Assembly (NCBI GenBank): GCA_003344405.1
Contig: NOWV01000218.1
Coordinates: forward strand, 62,001-112,775
DNA length: 50,775 nucleotides
Direction: 5' to 3'
DNA from: Trichoplax sp. H2
Taxonomy: Eukaryota
Under the pieces are notes generated by a model that was not told where the DNA came from, searched no databases, and saw nothing but the letters and a program-made list of their open reading frames with translations. Shown here piece after piece: positions 1 through 19,369 of this stretch. The stretch's first letter is position 1, and every line of letters starts with the position of its first letter. Both the position numbers and the translations under genes were made by a program.

Positions 1-1080
1 ACAGGCATACGGAAAACATTTTATTTTCAAATTATTTATTGGATACATTTTGATGTATGCTAGTAGAATAACTTTGAAGCGATACAGTTACAAGAATCGT
101 CGTTAAGTTCATGATCGACAATGAGGGCAAGTAGGGTAACAGCATGATTGAAATGGGGATCGATAGACGAAAGGATATTGTACGTAGTACAGTCTATACT
201 TTGAAATGGCTTCGTTGATTGCTGTTCTTCAACGATAGGAGGAAAACAACTGAGAAAATAGACGACAGTATCCTTTGTAAGAGCTAGGCGTACAAGGTAG
301 GGCAACAGTATCATGAACTTTTCAAGGACGATGGCAATTTCAAAGCGGTCAAGACAGGGTCGAAAAGGGATCGAACGGCGACAGGATATTGTCATTTTCG
401 ATTGCCTCCTTGATAGCCGTGATTATTCAAGAACATGAGGAAAGCGGGTCGAACGATTGATCCGATTGAGAAATAATATTGTCGTTTCCTGGAGTTGGTA
501 AACGATGGCAAGTGGAAATCGAGTAAGCTACGATCTCGCCAACACTTGCTAATAAAAATTATTAACATTGCAGTAGCCATTCCTTTTGATTTGAATGGTT
601 TGAAATAATATTCAATGTCTTCAAGTCATGTCGGCTATCCATTTTAATCGATCGCTTTATTTTAAAATGAAGTTTGAATCAGCGTAGCTCTCTATGGGTA
701 ATCAAGTCTGTCAAAATCGTCGAGGTAGAAAATAGTCGGCGATGGCTTACGATAAAATCATCGAATTTGAACTAGGCGTTGATCAATTTTTTCTTTTTCT
801 TATCGATTTCAATCAAGATGGAAAGAGATAAATTGGAGCTTAGTCTGTACAGACTGATTGTTTGAAAGTCATGTCCAAAAAAAAGGAGCAAAAGCAATAT
901 TCAAGTAGTGAAGAAACGCGGTCGATAACCGCATCGGACATTGAAATAAGACTGGGCATTAAAATACAAATAGTATCCTTCTAGCGATGTGTGTGCGGAG
1001 AGGGGGAAAAAAAAAAAAAGTCAAGACTATCTTGGATGGTTGCTTACAGCTTCGATTAAATGGATGAATATGCAACTTAC

Positions 1081-1213
1081 CCAGTTCTTCGACTAATTTC
1101 AACATGACAGAGCCAATGTCATAATTACCGCCAACTTTAATCTTTTTGTCGATACTTAAAGTGGTAATATAAATGGTCAAATTAAAGAATTGAACTTGCG
1201 AACTCTCTTCCAT
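1081..1213 (-). CDS. FERMT: Kindlin/fermitin family protein, first coding exon (F0 subdomain); partial gene continuing beyond the left window edge
   Basis: ATG at 1213 gives MEESSQVQFFNLTIYITTLSIDKKIKVGGNYDIGSVMLKLVEEL(G), then a G|GTAAGT donor at 1080. VGGNYDIGSVMLKLVEEL matches the kindlin F0 signature (V.G..HIGGVMLKLVE.). I did not find exon 2 (DWSDHALWW-like) in 1-1080. Confidence 0.8.
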
Positions 1214-2520
1214 GATGATTGAATGGATTTTGCTGTCGTCCAACGGAGATGAATTATGGAATCAACTGTAGTCAATTTGTCAAGATGGAGTAGACTACAA
1301 TGGTTTTCTCCTTCAAAGCAAGTAGAGGATGAGTGTGGATTAGCGTTTCTTTTTTTTTCTCCCTTTCGCTGTTGTTACGATCTGTCGTGACGGCAGAAAG
1401 GAAGACGCAATCGAGAGAGTAGAGAGTAAACTGTCAAGGCTTTCAATCAATCTTTCCAATGACTTTATAGAAAGGCAGGGAATAGAAGGAGGTGGATAAG
1501 TGCACCATAAATTGAGTCAGTGATTAATTTTTCAACGGTAGTAATAGCAATCGTCTACCTCGTCACCACCACACGTTGACTTCTATGTCGTCCTAGTTAG
1601 CGTCCTTTTAAGATATTGAAAATGATTTCGACGATAATCGATCGTCCAAGAAAGGCCCCAAGCAAGATCCAACGATGATCGTCCAATCTCCACACCAGCA
1701 GCAACTGCAATGCAATCGCTTACCTTGCTCTCGTCCAAGCAAAAGCAATATGCAACAGAGACGTTACTCGTTGCTGCGATCAATCTGAACGAGTGTCTCA
1801 CTGGATGGCAATGCTTTCCTAGTCAACAAGAGGAAGTAAATTGTCCTCTACACCTGTTCCATCCAAGCAAGAAGAGTACAAGATGCTTTCAAAGCCTGCA
1901 ATCCAATTCTTTCCCGCAGCTTCCACTAATAAAAGTGTCCAATTGCAGAAAAGGCCTGTGGGTGTTACTAAACAACTTTCTGGCCTAGTTAGTCAATTGA
2001 TCATGCGTCGCTGAGCTTGACCTTTGTCCAAATAAACATGGCTTCCACCATGGCGAGCAAGGCAATTGAATTTTTCCCTCTTTCACCGTGATAGCGGTAG
2101 TGTAGGGTAAGATTGCAATTTGTCACTAATGGTTGATGGATGTTGGCTCTTGTGGTCGATAATGGCTTGATTTAGCGCTGCTAGAACAACTTATGGCCGG
2201 AATTTGTCGTCGTGCAAGTCCATGGGCTAACGTGATAGAACGGCTAGACTGCATTCAATGTTGGAGAAGGGGAGGGAGCTGAGTTTATAGGTACTGCCCT
2301 ACCTCAGTCTGGAGTTAGCGCTAGTCAAAGAAAGACAACGAAATAGCCGCCTATTCGATAGTATGGTGTCAAGTGCTATTTTGTGTACCTAAGTAGCAGG
2401 AATTCTACGCGCAACATGGCCATTTAAAATGGTGAAAATGGCAAGATTGGACTAGTTCAAGGACATTACAATGGAAGAAATTGGAAGATGATCGGTTGCA
2501 ATAGCTCCTGTATCGACTGT

Positions 2521-3420
2521 TCATAGAGTGCAGCTTAGATAAGAATAAAGGATCAAGATGGTTGGATAGGTTTGCATGGGGTTAATAGCTGGCTTACAAC
2601 CAAGTATTCATCATCGAATCTGTTTTCGATGCGACTTCTCGATACGCTGCTCTATGCTTATGCTTGCTAAAGCACAAAACACGGTAGGGTAGTGAGAAGA
2701 CTGCAATTAGACTAGTTATAGAGTGCAGCTTTGACAAGGATAAACAGCGAAAATAGTTGGATATGTTTGCATGAGGTAATAGGAGACTTACCCAACCAAG
2801 TATTCATGATAGAGTATATCGAAGCTGTCTTCGATGCTACTTCTCGATACGCTGCTCTGTGCTTATGCCTGCTAAAGCGCAAAACACGGTAGGGTAGTGA
2901 AAAGACTTCAATTAGACTAGTTATAGAGTGCAGCTTTGACAAGGATAAACAGCGATAATAGTTGGATATGTCTACATGGGGTTAATAGCTGGCTTACAAC
3001 CAAGTATTCATCATCGAATCTGTCTTCAATGCTACTTCTCGATACGCCGCTCTGTGCTTATGCCTGCTAAAGCGCAAAACACGGTAGGGTAGTGAGAAGA
3101 CTGCAATTAGACTAGTTATAGAGTGCAGCTTTGACAAGGATAAACAGCGAAAATAGTTGGATATGTTTGCATGAGATTAATAGGTGGCTTACAACCAAGT
3201 ATTCATCATCGAATCTGTCTTCAATGCTACTTCTCCATAGGCTGCTCTATGCTTATACCTGCTAAAGCGCAAAACACGGTAGGGTAGTGAAAAGACTGCA
3301 ATTAGACTAGTTATAGAGTGCAGCTTTGACAAGGATAAACAGCGAAAATAGTTGGATATCTTTGCATGAGGTAATAGGTGACTTACCCAACCAACCATGA
3401 TCCAATCTCGTCAATGCTGG
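2521..3420. repeat. Tandem array of about 195-204-bp units, about 4.5 copies
   Basis: Anchor agagtgcagc recurs at about 2525, 2720, 2924, 3120 and 3315 (periods 195, 204, 196, 195). Units are near-identical (…gctaaagcgcaaaacacggtagggtagtga…gactgcaattagactagt…). Confidence 0.95.
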
Positions 3421-4360
3421 TATGGAAATGGTAGACACGATAGCGCAAAACACGGTGGGGGCAATGACAAGACTGCAACTAGATTTACTCATGGAAAGCA
3501 GTGTTAACAGTATGCTGCTCAGTGCTCATACCTGCTATAGAGTACAACACGGTGGGGGCAGTGAGAAGACTGCAACTAGACTACTCATCGAGTACAGCTT
3601 CGACAAGAATAAATAGCAAAAGTAGTTGAATATAGATGCTCATGGAGTGCAGTTTTAACAGTATGCTGCTCATACCCGCTATAGCGCACAACATGGTGGG
3701 GACTGTGAGAAGACTGCAACTAGACTACTCATCGAGTACAGCTTTGACAAGAATAAATAGCAAAAGTAATTGAATATAGATGCAGGAGGTAATAGGTGAC
3801 TTACCCAACCAGGATCCAATCTCGTCGATGCTGCTTCGGTATGCTGCCATAGAAAGGGCAGACTATATAGCACGAATTGAGGTAAAAATGACTTACGTAA
3901 AGCACCAACGAAATGAGCGTATATCACTTTAATTACAATCTTAGGATATACAGCTTTGACAAGAATAAATAGCAAAAATAGTTGAATATAGATACAGGAG
4001 GTAATAGGTGACTTACCCAACCAGGATCCAATCTCGTCGATGCTGCTTCGGTATGCTGCCATAGAAAGGGCAGACTATATAGCACGAATTGAGGTAAAAA
4101 TGACTTACGTAAAGCACCAACGAAATGAGCGTATATCACTTTCATTACAATCTTAGGATATACAGCTTTGACAAGAATAAATAGCAAAAATAGTTGAATA
4201 TAGATACTGGAGGTAATAAGTGACTTGCCCAACTATGATCCAATCTCGTCGATGCTGCCATAGAAACGGCAGACTCGATAGCGCGAATTGAGATAAAAAT
4301 GTCTTACGTAAAACACCAACGAAATGAGCGTAGATCACTTTAATTACAATCTTAGGATAT
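3420..4360. repeat. Related array: degenerate transitional units, then about 3 copies of a 212-bp unit
   Basis: acagctttgacaagaataaatagcaaaa occurs at 3738, 3950 and 4162 (period 212), with a variant near 3594. It shares the cagctttgacaag…gacttacccaacc…gatgct core with the previous array but has a different second half. Confidence 0.93.
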
Positions 4361-4559
4361 ACCATTCTTAACAAGATTAGGCTACCGAATATTGTTCAAT
4401 TTGTAATCCGCCAATAAAGTAGTCGGTTTCACAATACGCGTACTCCTATACCAAGATACAAAGTAGGATGAACTGTAATCAAACTAAATTGGTTACTTTT
4501 AAAGCTACAATACTTACCATATTGCAATATATGATCTTGAAGGAGGATTTTCAAAATGA

Positions 4560-6730
4560 AATCAAAGTTGATATCTCTTATTTACTGTATACGGACAGTA
4601 TCCTCCTATACGGTAGATAGGTATGCTTCTAGTGATCTGAGTTTTGTCTTTAAATCAGAATTTATATCCGTATCATCCTATGCGGTGGATAAGGATGATT
4701 GCAGTAGCAAGGCTTTACGTCTTTAAGTTAACGTTTATATCTCTTATTTATTGTATGCAGGCAGTATCTTCCGATATAGTCGATAAGCATGCTTTTAGTG
4801 ATCAGAGTTTTGTCTTTAAAATCAGAATTTATATCCGTATATCATGTGCAGTCGATAAAGATGCTTCCAGTCATTGAACTTTTTGTCTTTAATCCAAGTT
4901 TATGTCTCTTATTTACTGTATACAGGCAGTATCCTCCTTTGCAGTAGATAAGCATGCTTCCTGTAATACGACTTTTTGTATTTAAATCGAAATTTATATA
5001 TCGTCTTTACCGTATACAGATAGTATCCTCCTCTGTAGTAGATAAACATGCTTTCAGTAATATGACTGTTGTGGTTAAAATTGAAATTTCCATCTCTAGC
5101 TAGACATTTAATATCCTATGCAGTGGAGAAGCATGCTTTCAAAGATATAGCTTTTATCTTTAATATTGAATATCGTCTGCCTCCATTTATTTATACAGTA
5201 TTATCATATACATCAGACAAGAATATTTCCAGTAATAATCGTATCAATTTTTCTTTCAATTGAAATTTCTATCTCTTATTTATTTATTGTAATACCGACT
5301 GTTGTGGTTAAAATTGAAATTTCCATCTCTAGCTAGACATTTAATATCCTATGCAGTAGAGAAGCATGCTTTCAAAGATATAGCTTTTATCTTTAATATT
5401 GAATATCGTCTGCCTCCATTTATTTATACAGTATTATTATATACATCAGACAAGAATATTTCCAGTAATAATCGTATCAATTTTTCTTTCAATTGAAATN
5501 NNNNNNNNNNNNNNNNNNNAATCAGAATTTATATCCGTATCATCCTATGCGGTAGATAAGGATGATTGCAGTAGCAAGACTTTATGTCTTTAAGTTAACG
5601 TTTATATCTCTTATTTATTGTATGCAGACAGTATCTTCCTATATAGTCGATAAGCATGCTTTTAGTGATCAGAGTTTTGTCTTTAAAATCAGAATTTATA
5701 CCCGTATCATCCTGTGCGGTGGATAAGGATGATTGCAGTAGCAAGACTTTATGTCTTTAAGTTAACGTTTATATCTCTTATTTACTGTATGCAGACAGTA
5801 TCTTCCTATATAGTCGATAAGCATGCTTTTAGTGATCAGAGTTTTATCTTTAAAATCAGAATATATATCCGTATATCATGTGCGGTGGATAAGGATGATT
5901 GCAGTAATAGGACTTTAAGTCAAAGTTTATATCTCTTATTTACTGTACTGTATACAGACAGTATCCTCCTCTGCAGTAGATAAGCATGCTTCTAGTGATA
6001 TGACTTTTGTCTTTAAAATCAGAATTTATATCCGTATATCATGTGCAGTGGATAAGGACGCTTCCAGTAATTGAACTTTTTGTCTTTAATCCAAGTTTAT
6101 ATCTCTTATTTACTGTTATACAGGCAGTATCCTCCTTTGCAGTGGATAAGCATGCTTCCTGTAATACGACTTTTTGTATTTGAATCGAAATTTATATATC
6201 GCCTTTACCGTATACAGATAGTATCCTCCTATGTAGTAGATAAATATGCTTTCAGTAATATGACTGTTGTGGTTAAAATTGAAATTTGTATCTCTAGCTA
6301 GACATTTAATATCCTATGCAGTGGAGAAGCATGCTTTCAAAGATATAGCTTTTTATCTTTAATATTGAATATCGTCTGCCTCCATTTATTTATACAGTAT
6401 TATTATATACATCAGACAAGAATATTTCCAGTAATAATCGTATCAATTTTTCTTTCAATTAAAATTTCTATCTCTTATTTATTTATTGTAATACCGACTG
6501 TTGTGGTTAAAATTGAAATTTCCATCTCTAGCTAGACATTTAATATCCTATGCAGTGGAGAAGCATGCTTTCAAAGATATAGCTTTTATCTTTAATATTG
6601 AATATCGTCTGCCTCCATTTATTTATACAGTATTATCATATACATCAGACAAGAATATTTCCAGTAATAATCGTATCAATTTTTCACTTTCAATTGAAAT
6701 TTCTATCTCTTATTTACTGTGTAAACTGTT
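4560..6730. repeat. Complex higher-order tandem array (75-95-bp monomers, about 167-bp dimers, about 233-bp units)
   Basis: Monomer core gtatc.tcct…gataag.atg.tt…agt…ttttgtctttaa repeats many times. The 233-bp unit gactgttgtggttaaaattgaaattt starts at about 5064, 5297, 6262 and 6496. Block 4821-5499 reappears at about 6018-6700. Confidence 0.93.
5500..5519. other. Assembly gap (20 N)
   Basis: Run of 20 N inside the repeat array. Confidence 1.
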
Positions 6731-7315
6731 ATTATATGTGCAGGAAAGCACGTGCCATGTTCTGCCTAGCACAAGCCTACGAAACCACTAAAGTAAACGA
6801 CTGATAGTAATACTGTTTCAGATGCATCATCGGTCAAGGACTACATACAATCATGTATAAGAACAACTTTATTGTACTAGATAAGCATCAAAATGCTATC
6901 CAACTCATTGCTGTATACAGAATACATGTCTGATGTGTGCTATCTCTAAATATATATTCATCTCTCATCTCCATCCTGTAATACCATATTGGACTACTAC
7001 AGTGATGCATTTTAATATGCCAGTAGCACGATATACCCCGGGTATTCACTATGTCTAAATATGCATATCTAGATATATCTCCAACGAATTATACCCTGAC
7101 TACACAACTGCATGTTCATGACATCGATGATGATTTAATAGCGTTATTCACGACGCATACCCATAAAATATGGAATTTATTGATAACGTATTATTTTAAT
7201 AATATTGACTGTTGTATTTACACGCAGCATTGTGGCTCATTGGTGGTTATTACTAAGTTTAAGAGATCGCTATATGGTTTGTCGTAATGACTACATTCTA
7301 TTCTTAAGCCAGATT

Positions 7316-7366
7316 ATAGACTACTAGAAGAAAGGCAAACGCCGAGATTTTCTTCTAGTAGTCTAT
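7316..7366. repeat. Perfect 18-bp inverted repeat with 15-nt spacer
   Basis: atagactactagaagaaa (7316-7333) and its reverse complement tttcttctagtagtctat (7349-7366). Confidence 0.95.
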
Positions 7367-7654
7367 GGCCAAAGCATGCCTAAGTTACTGTGTTCTTGTC
7401 CGACGCATTAGTGTCAATTGATTGCTTGCAACAGTGGCCATTAACGTTGATACTAACGGCAAAGTACTACCGTAGTACAGTATAGTATCAATGTTAATCT
7501 GTTCTTTCAGCATTTAGAATACACATCCTGTGTTCTTGTCCATGTTGTAGCCTGTTCTTAGACTGGAGATTTGGAAAAAAAGAGCGAGAAAACTTGCTGT
7601 GTCAACGCTGCTCTAAACTTGTTGACGAACTTGACAACTCTGGCATATAGACCT

Positions 7655-7685
7655 GAGATCGGTTGAGATCGGTTGGGATCGGTTG
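7655..7685. repeat. 10-bp minisatellite x3 (gagatcggtt)
   Basis: gagatcggtt gagatcggtt gggatcggtt read directly. Confidence 0.85.
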
Positions 7686-8705
7686 GATACCTTGATGATC
7701 TTATTGTATCCTAGTCCTGTACACAGTGTACAGTATCGGTAAGAAATTTCTTACAGTGTACAGTATTTCTATGGACTGTATCCGTGTCACGTGAAGAACC
7801 ATTGCTATACTGTACTGCGCTACTCGGAGAGACTACAGGCTACTGTAGCGGACGGACAGCCCTGTAGAGTACAGTATACAATGTTCCTGGTGACGTGGTG
7901 ACGGTAGAGTCAAATGACCACCTATCGCATCGTTGATGGATGATGGGTGTCAACCGCCACTTCCCTTCACCCTTCGCTAGACGTCACCGTCGATTACTCA
8001 ACATGGAGAAGATGAGTAATCCATCCGAGGATAAAGTAGCGCCATGGCGTAACTTATTTGCTAGCACCTTCAACAGGTATACGGAAACATGGCTCATTTA
8101 TTGACATTAATAATTACGATAGCGTTGTCAAGTCGACCAAGGCGTTATCCAGAGTACTGTGTCACGGTGTGCAGTCTCAGGCCGCCTGATAACTGGTAGC
8201 ACAGTCGTCTACACTGTGGCCAGGTTCTACCCTTGGAACCAGCTAAAGACCGCAAAGGCCGATGGGATCCAACTCACTTCCATTACGCTTGCGCAAACTT
8301 TGCTCAACGTGGCATCTTCTTTGTACTTACTCTGGCATAACTGCAACGCCAATTTGTCCCTGCTCAAGGCTTTACACTCGCTCTCCACTCATGTTTCTAC
8401 AGTCTTTCAACAACGTCGTCTAATAGCCTTGCCTAGCAATTCCTGCTCTCAACTGGATAACTACCCTGTCACGAGCCAACGATCCATACTGAATACCATA
8501 AACAACAGGCCTTCTCTCGGTTTGTATACGCTATCCATAACGCGTCAGGTGAATGCGCGTCACCTGCTCCTACCCGGGTAGTCTACCCCTGCTAACCCCA
8601 ACCCAACGTCGGTCAAAGATTGTCAAGGCGGCTGTCAAACCATTCCTTCATTGCCAAGGTGGAAAAAATTGGAGTTACAAGGCTAAGAATAAAACAAGGA
8701 ATTGA

Positions 8706-16027
<7,322 letters not shown>

Positions 16028-17291
16028 TTTTAAATTTCATTGGAAAGATTAAACTGTGGATCATTATGTGTGACATTTTTTGCCCAAGGCTAAGATATAT
16101 CACTATCACAAGTTATTTTTTACGTTAACTTGAGTCATAGAATAACACCCACCATTATTCTTGTATTGTAAAATACAATATTAAAATTATTTTAATCTAT
16201 TGACAAAGCGTAAGCACTCTAATGTGTTTAAGATTACGAAGATATAATATTTCGTTTGTTACGGCAACTAATTAGTGGTAATTCTTTGTTTATACGGTAT
16301 TTTGTAACAAGTATAGTACAAATTTAATAGGGATTAAAATTAATAGATTGGATATGAATTATAAGTGATTTTTTTATAGAAGTATTCATTTCTATAAAGT
16401 GTTTCATTAATGTTTTGGAAAGTACATTTAATTACATTATAGCATAGAAAGTACAGTGCAATATTAACGCTTAGACACTATTGGATAAACATCTTAACAA
16501 TTAATATAAGACAAGTCTGTATGGTACTGTAAAATATCGTAATTGAACATAATCTAAAACATAAAGGAACTTTGTCTTAGTCATAATAGGATATTACGGA
16601 TTTTCTTTGTTTAAGAATAAAGCTGTTATTGACTCCTATCGAAACAGAATTAAGAAGCTGAAAGCACTACTAATAATTAATTTATAGTTAAGGGTGCGTA
16701 TGAAAAGTGGTGTCATTGACAGTATGCGAAATAGATAAGCTACACATTAGTAATAAATAGAGTGATGGTTGGTTGCGGACAGATTGCGAGTTAAGAGGAA
16801 ATTCTAAGAAGTCCCTGGTAGTGATGCATTCATATTCCTGTGGGTCATACTGTACTGTACTCTGCACAGTGTAATACTGCATATTGCATATATATAGACA
16901 GTTAAGTACAAAGACTGCTAATGTGTGAGAGGAGTTTATTAACACAGAGACTAAGACGAGTAGCAATCAGACAGTTGCAGTATGAGAATTGCGGAGCAGA
17001 GAAACGGGAGTAAAGAAGTAGAGGGAAACACACACTCACAGATGGATAGAGAGATGAAGAATATTGTTCCTACTGTATTCAGAACATATATACTATAATA
17101 TCTGAGTATACAGTACTGTAGGTTTCAGTGTATCTAAATAAGTTAGATGCACAGTATGAGAATAGCGTGATAACAGTAATAAATATGCCAAATTGATCTC
17201 ATATGGGGGATCATGATCAAGGTAGTAGTAACTCTTTAACAGAATAACCATTGCTAATTGTACCGTAGTAGAAGAGACCATGAAGACCAGT

Positions 17292-17361
17292 TACTGTACT
17301 GTACAGTGTACAGTACAATGTTGCACACTATAGTACTGTACTGTACAGTACTGTACTGTAA
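17292..17361. repeat. TACTG/CAGTA pentamer-rich, quasi-palindromic microsatellite
   Basis: tactgtactgtacagtgtacagtac…tagtactgtactgtacagtactgtactgta lies between the convergent Sec23 and CCDC88 3' ends. Confidence 0.8.
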
Positions 17362-19369
17362 ATAACCATAGTAACGTACCATAATTGATGCAATCCATAT
17401 GATCATATATAATGGTGCAGTCGTCCAATCGTCGAGTTGGCTTCCAAACGTTCCTAGTCGGCGAAGGTAGATTTTCTGTGATCGTAAGTGAGGAGATCGC
17501 TGACGCTGGAAAGCATTAATGTGGCATTATTGTGCCCAATTTTTGGAAAATTTTCTCTTCAGCACATGAGTGTTGAAGTGACAATAAGTTAATTAAAGAA
17601 CAACGCTTCTTTAAAAATGTCATCTCTAATGTACAGTATTATGTCTGTATATCGCATACAGGACATGGTGATTTATGATTATTTGATTCGGGTATTAGCA
17701 GCATTCACATTATAAATTACCGAAATATGTAAAGTAGGTACAGTATCGCGTAAGTCGAACTCATGATGTCTGATCTCTTCCTCAGTGATACGTACGATCA
17801 ACGATATTACACCGTCAAAGAGTATTTCAATTCTTTTTAACATTTTTTTCTCATGCAATCACTGAAATATAATAATATACATTGCTGAGCGTACTCTCTA
17901 CATTGTACCATTATACTGTACTCATACACTGTTGTACGCAGTACAGTACAAGGAATTGTCGAGGATACAGTATGACTCCAGTGTGAGGTATTACAAGAGA
18001 GAAACAGTATACTTTCTACAAAATTATTTTCTATTTTATTAATCAAATATTGGTAATATCGACTTTATGACGCACTATAAAAGAATAGAGCGCGGCATCG
18101 TGCTTAATCTTTAATGGTACAAATATAATTATCAACATAAATACCGTCAAAGTTACAGCATTAGGTTAAACGAAATAATATGCTCAACATACAAAATCAT
18201 AGCAAAGATTTTAATGCATTACATACATATCTTATCAAATTCACAGCTGAAAAAAGTACTATGTTACTGTGATGATTACGGTTATTATATATAATAATTA
18301 TCAGCAACCTAATTGACTAATTACAAGGTGTTTTCCGGGGGTTAAGAGTACCGCAGTAAATGATTACGATTATATTAACAAAAATAATACAAAAGTATAG
18401 CTTGAACAGGATAATTCAATGTAAGAAATTCTTATACTGTTGAAGTCATGGCGGCACATGCCATAGGAAAGTGCAATATATATCACATCTAAATGAAAAA
18501 TATTTTATAAAGCATAATACATATATCGTTATACACTACAGCCTATGACAATTAATTTCTAAATTACAATGTTACCCCAAATTATACTCGTAAGTCATTA
18601 TTGCACCTTAATTTCTTGTCTTTTTTTACCACATAAGCAAATGACAAAGCCTTTTATAATATCGGTGTTGTCGCAATATATTAAGAGTGAAATTCAGGAT
18701 TAAAGCTGAAAATAAAATAAGTCAATAATACTACAAATACTTTAGCAAGGTTTTAAGGTAATTACAACATAGAAGAAAATGATTACATCAAAATTTTTAC
18801 AAATCCATATTACATTCTAGAAAGTTAATGTTAATTTTATCATAGTTGCCGTATAGTTAACTCATGTATAGTGTAGTTATAATCGTAAATATCAATAATT
18901 TCTTAAATATTGACATACTTTCGTGCTACATTATTTATTAACAAATGCATGAATGAGAAATACACAATCATTAATTATTAGTTCTTTTCATCGCTGGAAG
19001 TACCGAATATTAACAGTAAATAATTATACACAGTTAATATTTTTATTCTAATAAGATACTCTTATGTTAATATAAGCTATAAAATATAGTAACTTATATA
19101 TATCTGGTAGAAGATCGTCAAAAAATCAATCAACCATATTTATAAAAAAATTTGTTGTAATAGAAATGACGATGAAATTATTTCTCAGTGAAATTGTATA
19201 CATTATATTATCTATTATAGTAAAAATCGAATTGATATATTTCGCTAAATAAAGGCATCCAGAGACTACGGATTTGATCGTATTGTTAAAATACTCATAT
19301 AATGTAAAATAATGATCACAACTTTCTTTAATATCAGCAACTATATTCTTTATAAACAAATGAAATCAA

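Noticed and set aside
60..580. Minus-strand ORFs of 111 and 62 aa
   Set aside because: They lie in kindlin intron 1, have no kindlin exon-2 motif and resemble no family I recognise.
1583..2400. GC-richer stretch with short ORFs, considered as a retroelement fragment
   Set aside because: The translations I checked show no RT, integrase or transposase motifs. More likely promoter-proximal DNA.
2712..6804. Many similar short ORFs in the arrays, considered as a repeat protein or CRISPR array
   Set aside because: Unit lengths are often not multiples of 3 and stops are frequent. There is no constant-repeat/unique-spacer structure and no cas genes, and the context is eukaryotic.
8159..8581. 140-aa plus-strand ORF upstream of Sec23
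   Set aside because: Non-ATG start and no recognisable domain.
16822..16850. Minus-strand YDPQEYECI as a possible Daple-like EYGCV terminal exon
   Set aside because: Not followed by a stop, weak match and no convincing acceptor.
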